From positions 57,139 through 121,138 of the forward strand of contig JBKBMT010000002.1 of NCBI GenBank assembly GCA_046295655.1: 64,000 nucleotides of DNA, in the 5' to 3' direction. The position numbers and the translations under genes are program-made. The notes beneath the pieces were generated by a model. The model saw only the letters and a program-made list of their open reading frames with translations. It was not told where the DNA came from and did no database searches. Below are positions 31,901 through 44,017 of the stretch, piece by piece. Source of the DNA: Gemmobacter sp. (GTDB lineage Bacteria; Pseudomonadota; Alphaproteobacteria; Rhodobacterales; Rhodobacteraceae). How positions within the stretch are numbered: position 1 is the stretch's first letter; the number at the start of each line of letters is the position of its first letter.

Positions 31901-32412
31901 TGTTCTGGCGCGCGCTCGACGCGGGGCTCGGGCTGGCCGAGAAGGCCTTCCTTGCCGCCGCGAACGGGCTGATGATCCTGATGTTGGCGATCAACCTCGC
32001 CAACATCCTGTCGCGGCTGCTGTTCGACAAGGGGATCATCTGGGTCTTTCCGCTGACCGCCGTACTGTTCGTCTGGACGATCTTCCTGGGGTTCTATGTC
32101 ATTTATCGTCGCGGCAGTGACATCACCATCGACATACTGACGCGCCGTCTGCCGCCCCGACTGGCCGCCGCCATAGCGGCGCTGGTCGCAGCCTTGTCGA
32201 TCGGGCTCATGGCGCTGATCCTGTGGCAGGCACAGGTTCTAGTGCCGCGGCAGGTCGGCCGGATCGACATGGTCGGCATCCAGCGCTACTGGCTCGCGGC
32301 GCCGCTCTGGGCCAGCTGTGCACTCATCCTTCTCGAATTCGTGCTGCGGCTCAGGCAGGCGATCCTCGACTTTCTCTCAGGCACCCATCCAGACCCGGAA
32401 CCGCAGCCGTGA
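31900..32412 (+). CDS. TRAP transporter small permease (DctQ-type)
   Basis: ATG overlaps the upstream stop (TGATG). 170 aa with four hydrophobic segments. Confidence 0.85.
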   Translation: MFWRALDAGLGLAEKAFLAAANGLMILMLAINLANILSRLLFDKGIIWVFPLTAVLFVWTIFLGFYVIYRRGSDITIDILTRRLPPRLAAAIAALVAALSIGLMALILWQAQVLVPRQVGRIDMVGIQRYWLAAPLWASCALILLEFVLRLRQAILDFLSGTHPDPEPQP

Positions 32413-33695
32413 CCGCAGTCGGTCTGTTCCTGATCTTCCTGCTGCTCATTGCACTGCGCACGCCGATCGTCATGGCCATCGGGCTCGCGGTCGTCGCCGC
32501 GCTGGCGATGAGCGGTTTCGCGGGCATGATGTGGATCGTGCCGATGAAGATCCTCGAAGGCGCGTCGAACGCCTCGCTGCTGGCGATCCCGTTCTTCGTT
32601 CTGGCCGGCAACCTGATGAACGCGGCCGGGATCACCGAACGCATCTTCAACCTTGCCAGCGCGCTGGTCGGTCACTTCCGGGCAGGTCTTGCTCAGGTGA
32701 ACGTCCTGGCCTCGGTCATGCTTGCCGGCGGCACCGGGGCAGCCGTGGCCGATATCGCAGGACTGGGCGCGGTGGAGATCCGGGCCATGCGCGAGCGGGG
32801 CTATACCGCGCCCTTCGCCTCGGCGATCACCGTTGTCTCGGCCATCGTGGCGCCCTTCATCCCGCCCTCGGTGCCGCTGGTCGTCTATGCCTTTCTGTCG
32901 AACACCTCCGTCGCACGGATGTTCCTTGCGGGTATCCTGCCCGGGTTGCTGATCGCCGCCAGCCTGATGATCTTCAACCGGCTGCTTGCGGTGCGCACCG
33001 AGTTCCCGCGCGCGCCGAAGGCGTCGCTTGCCGAGATCTGGAAGCATACTGCCGCGGGCGTGGTCGCACTGGGCGCGCCTGCGATCATCATGGGCGGCAT
33101 CCTGACCGGAACCACAACGGCGTCAGAGGCGGGCGTCCTGGCCTCGGCCTATGTCATCCTTCTGGGTGTGATCCTGCGCAGCCTGACCTGGGCCGCGCTG
33201 TGGAAGGCAGTGACCGAAACGGTTCTCATCACCGCGATGATCATGATGATCATCGGTATCGCGGGCAGCATGGGCTGGCTGCTGGCGATCGAGCAGATCC
33301 CCCAGACCCTGGCGCGCAGCCTGCCGGACCTCGTCGATTCGCGGCTGGTCTTCATGCTGGCGGTCATGGCGGGCGTTCTGGCGCTGGGATGTTTCATCGA
33401 CGGCGTGACGATCAAGCTGCTTCTGGTCCCGATCCTGTTGCCGCTTGTGGACGCCTACGGCATCGACCGCGTGCATTTCGGCATCGTCATGCAGATGTCC
33501 CTGATCCTCGGCATCGCGACCCCGCCGCTGGGGATCGGTCTCTTTGTCGTTGCGCGTCTGTCCGGCGCGCGGCTCGAGGACATCATCGCTGCGGTGATCC
33601 CCTACTTCATTCCGCTCAGCATCGTGGTCCTGCTGCTCCTGCTGTTCCCGCCGATCTCGTTATGGCTGCCTGACATGGTGCTCGGACCGGAATAG
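32409..33695 (+). CDS. TRAP transporter large permease (DctM-type)
   Basis: GTG 32409 overlaps the dctQ-type stop (GTGA). About 428 aa and polytopic (VTAVGLFLIFLLLIALRTPIVMAIGLAVV...FFVLAGNLMN). Confidence 0.9.
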   Translation: MTAVGLFLIFLLLIALRTPIVMAIGLAVVAALAMSGFAGMMWIVPMKILEGASNASLLAIPFFVLAGNLMNAAGITERIFNLASALVGHFRAGLAQVNVLASVMLAGGTGAAVADIAGLGAVEIRAMRERGYTAPFASAITVVSAIVAPFIPPSVPLVVYAFLSNTSVARMFLAGILPGLLIAASLMIFNRLLAVRTEFPRAPKASLAEIWKHTAAGVVALGAPAIIMGGILTGTTTASEAGVLASAYVILLGVILRSLTWAALWKAVTETVLITAMIMMIIGIAGSMGWLLAIEQIPQTLARSLPDLVDSRLVFMLAVMAGVLALGCFIDGVTIKLLLVPILLPLVDAYGIDRVHFGIVMQMSLILGIATPPLGIGLFVVARLSGARLEDIIAAVIPYFIPLSIVVLLLLLFPPISLWLPDMVLGPE

Positions 33696-33749
33696 CTTCG
33701 CGCCCGGTAACGATATGTTCGAACGTGCCGCCTTGCCCCGGCCGGATGA

Positions 33750-33764
33750 GAACATATAATGAAC
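33750..33764 (+). promoter_or_regulatory. LexA (SOS) box, GAAC-N7-GAAC orientation, overlapping the start of the radical SAM gene
   Basis: GAAC-atataat-GAAC read directly. It is the complement orientation of the uvrA box motif. The spacer is itself TATAAT-like. Confidence 0.65.
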
Positions 33765-34994
33765 ACCATGGCACGACGTCCACTCGATCAGAAACTGGCG
33801 ATCCTTTCGGATGCGGCAAAATACGATGCCTCCTGCGCATCCAGCAGCACGGTGCGCAGGGACAGCCGCGATGGAAAGGGTCTTGGCTCTGCCGGCGGGT
33901 CCGGCATCTGCCATGCCTATGCACCGGACGGACGCTGCATCAGCCTGCTCAAGATCCTGATGACGAACTTCTGCATCTACGATTGCGCCTATTGCATAAA
34001 TCGCGCCTCATCGGGCGTCGAGCGGGCGCGGTTCAGCGTCGAGGAAGTCGTCTGGCTGACCGTCGAGTTCTACCGCCGCAACTATATCGAGGGTCTGTTC
34101 CTGTCCTCCGGGATCATCCGGTCGCCCGACGATACGATGGCCGACATGGTGCGCATTGCCCGGACACTGCGGGAAGTCGAGAACTTCCGGGGTTACATCC
34201 ACCTCAAGACCATCCCGGACGCCGCGCCGGAACTGATCGAACAGGCGGGGCTCTATGCCGATCGGCTGTCAATCAATGTCGAACTGCCGACCGAGACAGC
34301 GCTCAGGCAGCTTGCGCCCGAGAAATCGGCGCAGACGATCCGGCAGGCGATGGCAGAGGTCCGCCTGCGCCGCGAGGCCGCGCGCGAGCAAAGCTGGCGT
34401 CGCCGCAGCGCGCCCCGCTTTGCCCCGGCCGGGCAAAGCACCCAGATGATCGTCGGGGCGGACGGTGCCGACGATGCGACGATCCTTTCCGGGGCACAGG
34501 CGCTCTATGCGGGCTTCAGGCTCGGGCGGGTATACTATTCCGCCTTCTCGCCGATCCCCGATGCCTCGGCCGCGCTTCCTCCGACATCGCCGCCGCTGTT
34601 GCGCGAGCACCGCCTTTATCAGGCCGACTGGCTGATGCGCTTCTACGGGTTCGAACCGGCCGAAGTAACGGCAGGCGGCATGCTGCCCCTCGATATCGAC
34701 CCGAAGCTTGCCTGGGCGCTGGCCAATCCCGACCACTTTCCGATCGATGTCAACCGTGCACCGCGGGAACTGCTTCTGCGCGTGCCCGGGTTCGGCACGA
34801 AGGCAGTCGGGCGGATGCTTGGCGGCCGGCGTCATCGTGCGCTCCGGTACGAGGATATTGCGGCAACCGGCGCCGTGATGAAATCGGCCCGCGACTTCAT
34901 TACCGCCGAAGGCTATCGACCGCCTCCGCGGGGCATCGAGGCACGGGTCGCCGCGCGCACAGCGCCGCGCCCCTTGCAGCTGTCGCTGCTGTGA
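33759..34994 (+). CDS. putative DNA modification/repair radical SAM protein
   Basis: NFCIYDCAYC is the CX3CX2C cluster motif. C-terminal helix-hairpin-helix-like LLRVPGFGTKAVGRML. The start may be ATG 33759 or ATG 33768 (MARRPLDQ). Confidence 0.9.
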   Translation: MNTMARRPLDQKLAILSDAAKYDASCASSSTVRRDSRDGKGLGSAGGSGICHAYAPDGRCISLLKILMTNFCIYDCAYCINRASSGVERARFSVEEVVWLTVEFYRRNYIEGLFLSSGIIRSPDDTMADMVRIARTLREVENFRGYIHLKTIPDAAPELIEQAGLYADRLSINVELPTETALRQLAPEKSAQTIRQAMAEVRLRREAAREQSWRRRSAPRFAPAGQSTQMIVGADGADDATILSGAQALYAGFRLGRVYYSAFSPIPDASAALPPTSPPLLREHRLYQADWLMRFYGFEPAEVTAGGMLPLDIDPKLAWALANPDHFPIDVNRAPRELLLRVPGFGTKAVGRMLGGRRHRALRYEDIAATGAVMKSARDFITAEGYRPPPRGIEARVAARTAPRPLQLSLL

Positions 34995-36449
34995 ACACCG
35001 GTATCCAACTGCCGCGCGTCGGCTCCGTCGCCGCGTTCCGCAGGGCGCTGCGCACCCTGATCGCCGCACAGGTGTCGCCCGCCGATGTCGTCTGGTCGAT
35101 GGACGGTGCGACCGTTGGCGACCTGTTCGGCGACGCGTTCCCGCACTCCGCCAGTCCGTCGCCCCCGGTCGCCCTGCCCCGCGACGCGGCGCGGTCGATC
35201 ACGACGGCGCTGCATCATGGCGCATCGGACCGCTGGGCGCTTGCCCATTCGGCGATCTCCGACCTGCGCGCACGGCGCCTGTTCTGGCCTGACCGCGCCG
35301 AACCACGGGTGCGCCGCCTGCTTCTGATGGAGAAGGCGGTGCGCCGGGACATCCACAAGATGCACGCCTTTGTCCGGTTCCGCGAAGTCGGACAACCGGG
35401 TGCGGTGCGCCGGGCCTTCGTGGCCTGGTTCGAACCCAGCCATAACACGGTCGAACTTGCAGCCCCGTTCTTTGCCCGCCGGTTCGGCGACATGGACTGG
35501 ATCATCGCCACTCCGGGGCTGACCGCCCGTTTTCACGACGGCCGGCTGGCAATCGAGGAGTCGACGAATACGGCTGCGCCCGGGGCGGATGATGCCGAGG
35601 AGCTGTGGCGCGTCTACTATGCATCGATCTTCAACCCGGCGCGGCTGAAGACCCGGACCATGCAATCCCAGATGCCGAAGAAATACTGGAAGAACCTGCC
35701 CGAGGCGACACTGATCCCCGAACTGGTGCGCGCGGCGCCGGGGCGGGTCGCAGCCATGCAGGATCAGGCAAGCCGGATCGCCGCTCCGCCCGGCGTGACG
35801 CCGCGCATGGCCGCACTCGCCCGCGCCCGGAGGGCCGCCACGGACCGCCCCGCGTCCGGCCTGCGCGCCGAGGCGCTGGCCTGCACGCGATGTGCGCTGC
35901 ACGGTCCCGCGACGCAGACAGTCTGGGGCGAAGGCGACGGTTCGTCACGCATCATGCTGGTCGGCGAGCAACCGGGCGACCGCGAGGATCTGACCGGACG
36001 CCCCTTCGTCGGTCCGGCCGGCAAGGTTCTGGATCAGGCGCTGGCCGCGGCCGGGCTGGTCCGCGCGTCACTGTACCTGACCAACGCCGTCAAGCATTTC
36101 CGCTTCCAGCCGCGCGGCAAGGCGCGGCTTCACAAGCGCCCCGACGCCGGCCACGTCGAGGCGTGCCGCTGGTGGCTCGACATCGAGCGCGCGCACATGC
36201 GGCCCGCACTCGTCGTGGCGCTGGGTCAGACTGCGGCAGAGGCCCTGCTCCGACGCCCCGGACCGCATCCGCGCGGGACGCAATCTGTCACCGAGGACGG
36301 GTTCCTTTGCCTCGTCACCTGGCATCCGGCCCACGCCTTGCGCGTCGGCACCGACGGGAGCCGGATCATGGCCGAACTTGTCGCCGATCTGAAGGCAGCG
36401 CGAAGGTTCGCTGCCGATGCGCCGGGCGGGGCATATCTTGCCCGCGACG

Positions 36450-38438
<1,989 letters not shown>

Positions 38439-38517
38439 GCGAGGCTCCTCGGGGTGGGCGGCGAATCGGTCTGCCGTATGTAGCGACTGAATCGGGCGAA
38501 TCACAGGGCGGCAAAGA

Positions 38518-40431
38518 TCATCGTCGTCGTTTGACCCAGACCTGCTGGGCGATCATCGCGTCAAGTCGGGCCGAAACCGCACCGGCATCGCCCGTGGAGT
38601 CGGCCGATTCGCCCACCGAGGCGCGCATGGCGCGGTGGCTGGCAGCCGTCGCCTGGGCCAGTCGCCAGGTCAGACCTTCGTCGGCGACGGCCGACATCTC
38701 GTCCATCGCCTCGGCAATCTCGGCTTCGACTGCCCTGCGTGCGTCGAGCTTGGCCAGCTCCTCGGCGATGCAGAGTCTTGCCCGCGCGGGATCGCCAGGC
38801 TGCCGCACCGGCGGCGCGATCCGCACGAGTTCGAGGGCGGCAAGCCGGTCGAATGCACTGCCGGCCTCCGCCCGGATCCGATCGGCTGCGTCCGGCTGTC
38901 CGGCCGCGCCGAGAACAGCCCTGCGCAGCTCCGCCTGATCCGGGCCCGACGTCTCGAGCCGCTCCAGCGCCGATTCGAACTCCTGGGCGACCTGGGGATG
39001 CAGGGCGCAGGTGACAAGGATCACCGCCTCGCGCAGCCGATCCTCGACTGCGCCACCCGAAGCCAGAAGCGAGCTGCGGACACCGGCGGTCGGCATCGCC
39101 GGTGCCTTCGCACCGCGCGGGACGAAACTGCGCCCGGACCGCTGGGTCGAACCGAACAGCTCGCGCCGCAACCGGTCGAACTCCTGTCCGTAATGGCCCC
39201 GGATCGACGGATCGGCGATCCGACGCAGGACGGCACGCAGGGCCTTGTCCAGCGCGGCGCGGCGTTCGGGGCTGTCCAGGACCCGCCCCTCGGTCTCGCG
39301 CCGCCACAGCAGCGCCGACATCGGCTGCGCCGCGTCCAGCACCCGGGCAAAGCCCACCGCCCCCTCGGCCCGGATCAGATCGTCAGGGTCCATCCCCTCG
39401 GGCAACATCGCAAACCGTAGCGACCGGCCGGCCTCGATCAGCGGCAGCGCAAGGTCGATCAGCCGGTGCGCCGCGCGCAGCCCCGCCGCATCGCCGTCCA
39501 GCGCGATCACCGGTTCGTCGTGCAGTCGCCAGATCAGGTGCAACTGATCCTCGGTGATCGCGGTGCCCAGCGGCGCAACGGTCGCGCGGAACCCCGCCTC
39601 GGACAGCGCGATCGTGTCCATGTAGCCCTCGGTGACGATCAGCGGCGTGCCCTTTCCGACCGCTTCGCGCGCGCGGTCAAGGTTGTAGAGCGTCCGGCCC
39701 TTGTCGAAGATCGTCGTCTCGGGACCGTTCAGATACTTGGCACGCGCCCGCGGGTCCATCGCGCGGCCGCCGAGACTGATCACCCGGCCCCGGCCGTCGC
39801 GGATCGGAAAGATGATGCGGTCGCGGAACCGGTCGTAGGGAGCGCCGCCGTCCTCGGGCCGGACCGCCAGACCGGCCTCGACCAGAAGATCGCCGGAGAA
39901 CCCCCGTGCCTCCAGCGCGGAAAGCAGGCCCTGCCGGGCATCCGGAGCATAGCCGATGCCCCAGCGCTCCTGGGCCTCGGGCGACAGCCCCCTTCGCGAC
40001 AGGTAGTCTCGTGCCGCGGCACCCGCCGAGGCGCGCAGCATCAGCCGGTAATGGCCGACGGCCGCCTCCACCGCCGCGATCAGCCGGGTGCGACGGTCGG
40101 CGACCTCGGCCGCCTTCGCATCGCGAGCCGGCATCTGAAGCCCCGCCTCGCGCGCCAGAAGCTCGACCGCCTCCATGAATCCGAGGTTCTCGGTCTCCTT
40201 CACGAACGAGATGAGATCGCCCTTCGCGTGGCAGCCGAAGCAGTAATAGAACCCCTTTCGGTCATCGACGTGAAAGCTTGCCGTCCGCTCCTGATGAAAG
40301 GGGCATGGCGCCCACCAGTCGCCTTTCGCTTGGTTCGACTTGCGCATGTCCCAAGCGACCTTGCGCCCGACCACATGACTGAGGGTCAGGCGCGAGCGCA
40401 GCTCGTCAAGAAAGCCGGCCGGAAGGGACAT
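38518..40431 (-). CDS. dnaG: DNA primase
   Basis: Zinc ribbon [30 protein letters not shown] and [15 protein letters not shown]. Lies upstream of rpoD on the same strand. Confidence 0.95.
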   Translation of the reverse strand: MSLPAGFLDELRSRLTLSHVVGRKVAWDMRKSNQAKGDWWAPCPFHQERTASFHVDDRKGFYYCFGCHAKGDLISFVKETENLGFMEAVELLAREAGLQMPARDAKAAEVADRRTRLIAAVEAAVGHYRLMLRASAGAAARDYLSRRGLSPEAQERWGIGYAPDARQGLLSALEARGFSGDLLVEAGLAVRPEDGGAPYDRFRDRIIFPIRDGRGRVISLGGRAMDPRARAKYLNGPETTIFDKGRTLYNLDRAREAVGKGTPLIVTEGYMDTIALSEAGFRATVAPLGTAITEDQLHLIWRLHDEPVIALDGDAAGLRAAHRLIDLALPLIEAGRSLRFAMLPEGMDPDDLIRAEGAVGFARVLDAAQPMSALLWRRETEGRVLDSPERRAALDKALRAVLRRIADPSIRGHYGQEFDRLRRELFGSTQRSGRSFVPRGAKAPAMPTAGVRSSLLASGGAVEDRLREAVILVTCALHPQVAQEFESALERLETSGPDQAELRRAVLGAAGQPDAADRIRAEAGSAFDRLAALELVRIAPPVRQPGDPARARLCIAEELAKLDARRAVEAEIAEAMDEMSAVADEGLTWRLAQATAASHRAMRASVGESADSTGDAGAVSARLDAMIAQQVWVKRRR

Positions 40432-40468
40432 GGCCCATATATGGGCCGGCCGACCCGATTCGCAAAGG

Positions 40469-41632
40469 TCAGCGGTACCGGTCGAAGAAGCCGTCGGGGA
40501 TCAGCAGATTGTGCCGCCCGAGGTTGTGCACGTCCCGTTCTCCGCACAACGCCATGGTGGTGTCGAGTTCCTTGTGGATCACCTGCAGCGCCTTCGTCAC
40601 CCCGGCCTGTCCCATTGCCCCCAGCCCATAGACGAAGGCGCGTCCGATGAAGGTGCCCCTTGCGCCCAGCGCCAGCGCTTTCAGCACGTCCTGACCCGAG
40701 CGGATGCCGCTGTCGAGATGAACCTCGATCCGGTCGCCCACCGCCTCCACGATCGACGGCAGCATCCGGATCGACGACAGCGCACCGTCCAGCTGCCGGC
40801 CGCCGTGGTTGGACACCACGATCGCATCGGCGCCGACGTCGGCCGCCATCTTCGCATCCTCCGGGTCGAGGATTCCCTTGAGGATGAACTTGCCACCCCA
40901 TTGTGCCTTGAGTTTCGCGACCTTCTCCCAGTCCAGTCGCGGGTCGAACTGTTCTTCCGTCCACGCGGACAAGGAGCTTGCGTCCTTCACACCCTTGGCA
41001 TGGCCGACGATGTTTCCGAAGAATCGTCGCTTGGTGCCCAGCATGCCCATGCCCCACCGCCACCGCATGGCGAGGTCCAGCATCGTCGGCAGGGTCAGCT
41101 TCGGCGGGGCGGAAAGGCCGTTCTTCAGATCCTTGTGCCTCTGGCCGATGATCTGGAGGTCCAGCGTGAGGACCAACGCCGAACAGCCGGCGTTGCGGGC
41201 CCGGTCCAGAAGCCTGCCCACGAAATCCTGGTCCCGCATGACGTAGAGCTGGAACCAGAAGGGTTTGGTCGTATGCGCGGCCACATCCTCGATGGAACAG
41301 ATCGACATGGTCGACAGTGTGAAGGGCACGCCGAACTTCTCGGCCGCGCGGGCCGCGAGGATCTCGCCATCGGCATGCTGCATGCCGGTCAGCCCGACCG
41401 GGGCCAGCGCCACCGGCATCGCTACGTCATGCCCGATCATGGTCGAACGGGTGGAGCGATTGGTCATGTCCACCGCGACCCTTTGCTTGAGCCGGATCTC
41501 GGCAAAGTCCGTGGTGTTCTCGCGGAAGGTCTGCTCGGTCCAGCTCCCCGATTCGGCGTAGTCGTAGAACATGCGCGGGGCCCGCGCCCTGTGCAGGCGT
41601 CGAAGATCCTCGATGGTCGTGATGACAGCCAT
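40469..41632 (-). CDS. FMN-dependent alpha-hydroxy acid dehydrogenase (L-lactate dehydrogenase-like)
   Basis: FYDYAESGSWTEQTFRENT, PFWFQLYVMRD and IVVSNHGGRQLDG. GGAGG lies about 8 nt upstream of ATG 41632. Confidence 0.9.
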   Translation of the reverse strand: MAVITTIEDLRRLHRARAPRMFYDYAESGSWTEQTFRENTTDFAEIRLKQRVAVDMTNRSTRSTMIGHDVAMPVALAPVGLTGMQHADGEILAARAAEKFGVPFTLSTMSICSIEDVAAHTTKPFWFQLYVMRDQDFVGRLLDRARNAGCSALVLTLDLQIIGQRHKDLKNGLSAPPKLTLPTMLDLAMRWRWGMGMLGTKRRFFGNIVGHAKGVKDASSLSAWTEEQFDPRLDWEKVAKLKAQWGGKFILKGILDPEDAKMAADVGADAIVVSNHGGRQLDGALSSIRMLPSIVEAVGDRIEVHLDSGIRSGQDVLKALALGARGTFIGRAFVYGLGAMGQAGVTKALQVIHKELDTTMALCGERDVHNLGRHNLLIPDGFFDRYR

Positions 41633-41823
41633 TGCAGCCCCTCCAGAATTGGTAAGCTGCCCTTACCACTTGTGTCCGACCCGCACAACAGCGGAGGTGG
41701 CACCGCCCTTTCGCAGGCTGCCGGAGAACCACTGCCGGCATAAGACGGCCGGGAAACTGTTCCATGCCTCCATCCGATCCAGAGGCAGAGGTCGGCGCCC
41801 GATCGTCGGAGCGCGCTGCGGCA

Positions 41824-41887
41824 CGCCTTGGCTGCCACGGCTCGAGCCGGCCAGGTCCCTCCGACCGTCGAGCCTCTTGCCAAGGCG
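41824..41887 (-). other. 64-nt extended hairpin inside a 357-bp non-coding region (41633-41988) upstream of the lldD-like gene
   Basis: Nested pairings read directly. CGCCTTGGC (41824-32) pairs with GCCAAGGCG (41879-87). GGCTCGA (41839-45) pairs with TCGAGCC (41868-74). GGTC (41854-57) pairs with GACC (41863-66). GTCGGAG (41805-11) could pair with the apical CTCCGAC (41859-65) instead. Confidence 0.35.
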
Positions 41888-41988
41888 CAATGCGTCCGTC
41901 CGCGGGCAGGTCGGGTACGGCTCGGGCTGGTCGGTTTCCCGATGCTCTGACTGACACGGGACGGGCTTCAGGCTTGACCAACAGCCTG

Positions 41989-42438
41989 TCAGATCAGCAC
42001 GGTGGCAAGCGACGGAACGACCACCGCGGTCAGCATCACCCGCAGATGCAGCCACCACGGCGGCGCAAGACCCGCGCGCCAGAACGCCCAGTCGAGCCCC
42101 AGGATCAGCGTGAAGCCGGCGATGAGGCTCAGTGCCGACCCCTCTGGCCCGCCCCCCACCATGAAGAAGGCCCAGAGTGCCGGCACGACCGATGCGGCAT
42201 AGCCGAGCGTCGCAGCACTTCCCGAAAGCCGCGTCGCGAACCCCCACAGCACTCCGGACATGAAGGACAGGATCACCGTGCCGTAGAACAGCCCCACATA
42301 GGGGCCGACGAACCTGGGCCCGAGTGCTCCGCGCCCCCAGTCGCCCAGCGGCGGGTGCAGCATCGTGATCGCGCCCCAGAGGAAGGGGACGAGGCCAGCC
42401 AGGCCTAGAAACAGGGCAGGACGGGGAATGTCACGCAT
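41989..42438 (-). CDS. DUF3429-like polytopic membrane protein
   Basis: ORF 41989..42561 trimmed to ATG 42438 (MRDIPRPALFLGLAGLVPFLWGAI...SFMSGVLWGFA). Confidence 0.7.
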   Translation of the reverse strand: MRDIPRPALFLGLAGLVPFLWGAITMLHPPLGDWGRGALGPRFVGPYVGLFYGTVILSFMSGVLWGFATRLSGSAATLGYAASVVPALWAFFMVGGGPEGSALSLIAGFTLILGLDWAFWRAGLAPPWWLHLRVMLTAVVVPSLATVLI

Positions 42439-42496
42439 GGGCGGTCCGGTTGGCGGGGAAGGCAGATCGAGGCGGTCGCGTGGCGGCGCGGGTCGG

Positions 42497-43447
42497 TCAG
42501 ACGGGCTCGCGCAGGATGCGCGGCACCTTGAACTCGACCCGTTCCACCGCCGTCTCGACAACCTCGCGGGTCAGATCGTAGCGTTCCGCGAAGGCGTCGA
42601 TGACCTCGTCCACCAGAACCTCGGGCGCGCTGGCGCCGGCGGTCAGCCCGACGGCCCGCGCCCCCTCGATTGCACGCCAGTCGATGTCGGCGGCACGCTG
42701 CACGAGTTGCGCATGTCTGCACCCCGCGCTGCGTCCGACCTCCACCAGACGCTGGGAATTCGACGAGTTCGGTGCCCCGATCACCAGCAGCGCGTCGATC
42801 TTCGGGGCAATTGCCTTTACCGCGGCCTGGCGGTTCGTGGTGGCGTAGCAGATGTCCTCTTTCCTGGGGCCGACGATGGCCGGGAACCGGGCACGCAGGG
42901 CGTCAACGATCTCGGCCGTATCGTCCACGCTGAGCGTCGTCTGGGTGATGAAGGCCAGCCTTTCGGGATCGCGCACCGCAAGCGTCGCCACATCCGCGAC
43001 AGATTGCACCAGCACGACCTCCCCTGGCGGCAGCTGACCCATCGTGCCCAGAACCTCGGGGTGGCCGGCATGGCCGATCATCACCATCTGCCGCCCGTCC
43101 TCGTGATGCCGCTCGGCCTCCATGTGCACCTTGGTCACCAGCGGGCAGGTCGCATCGACGGCAATCATGTTGCGGCGCGCAGCCTCGGCAGGAACGGATT
43201 TCGGCACGCCATGGGCCGAAAAGACCACCGGCCGGTCATCGGGACATTCGTCCAGTTCCTCGACAAAGACCGCGCCCCTCGCGCGCAGGTTCTCTACGAC
43301 ATAGCGGTTGTGAACGATCTCGTGTCGGACATAGACCGGCGCACCCCACCTCTCCAGCGCCAGCTCGACGATGCGGATGGCGCGATCGACCCCGGCGCAG
43401 AACCCCCGGGGGGCGGCAACGTAAAGCGTCAGGGGCGGGCGGGTCAC
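42497..43447 (-). CDS. ispH: 4-hydroxy-3-methylbut-2-enyl diphosphate reductase
   Basis: GTG start. [20 protein letters not shown] and SAHGVPK are IspH/LytB signatures. Confidence 0.95.
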   Translation of the reverse strand: MTRPPLTLYVAAPRGFCAGVDRAIRIVELALERWGAPVYVRHEIVHNRYVVENLRARGAVFVEELDECPDDRPVVFSAHGVPKSVPAEAARRNMIAVDATCPLVTKVHMEAERHHEDGRQMVMIGHAGHPEVLGTMGQLPPGEVVLVQSVADVATLAVRDPERLAFITQTTLSVDDTAEIVDALRARFPAIVGPRKEDICYATTNRQAAVKAIAPKIDALLVIGAPNSSNSQRLVEVGRSAGCRHAQLVQRAADIDWRAIEGARAVGLTAGASAPEVLVDEVIDAFAERYDLTREVVETAVERVEFKVPRILREPV

Positions 43448-43542
43448 GTCGGCTTTCCTTGTGTCGTCGCGGCCAGTGCCGCAGAGTTAGCGTTGACGGA
43501 AGCGATTGGCCAGAAAAAGCCGCACCACGGGTCAGGAACAGG

Positions 43543-44013
43543 ATGCGCAGGACGGCGATCCTTGCCACAGTGCTCGCGTCGGCGGTCGCTCTGGCCGCCG
43601 CCTGGTCCTACCGGCACTTTACCGCGCCCGATCCGGCCGGTTTCCTGCCCTGGCGCGATCCGACCGTTACAGCCGCCGGCGCCGCGCTCTATGCCGACCA
43701 CTGCGCCGCCTGCCACGGCGCCGCGCTGGAAGGTGCACCGGACTGGCGGATCCCGGCGAAGAACGGTCGGATGCCGGCTCCGCCGCACGATGCGACCGGC
43801 CACACCTGGCACCACCCGGACGCCCAGCTTTTCCTGATGACGAAATACGGCGTCGCGGCGATGGTCGGCCCGGGTTACGAAAGCGACATGCCCGCCTATG
43901 ACGGGATCCTCAACGACGCCGAAATCATTGCCGTCCTTGCCTGGATCAAGAGCACCTGGCCGCCCGAGATCCAGGCACGGCATGACGCGATCAACCGCCG
44001 CGTCACGCCCTGA
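43543..44013 (+). CDS. membrane-anchored c-type cytochrome
   Basis: ORF trimmed to ATG 43543 (MRRTAILATVLASAVALAAAW). Heme motif CAACH and a distal Met context DMPAY. Confidence 0.75.
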   Translation: MRRTAILATVLASAVALAAAWSYRHFTAPDPAGFLPWRDPTVTAAGAALYADHCAACHGAALEGAPDWRIPAKNGRMPAPPHDATGHTWHHPDAQLFLMTKYGVAAMVGPGYESDMPAYDGILNDAEIIAVLAWIKSTWPPEIQARHDAINRRVTP

Positions 44014-44017
44014 GCGA

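Noticed and set aside
41690-41760. Plus-strand fragments resembling cobalamin-riboswitch pieces (CCCGCACAACAGCGG; CCACTG-hairpin-GGGAA)
   Set aside because: No AGCCAGGAGACCTGCC-type B12 box and no GGTGAAAATCC element. There is also no plus-strand gene downstream to regulate. The resemblance is probably fortuitous in GC-rich sequence.
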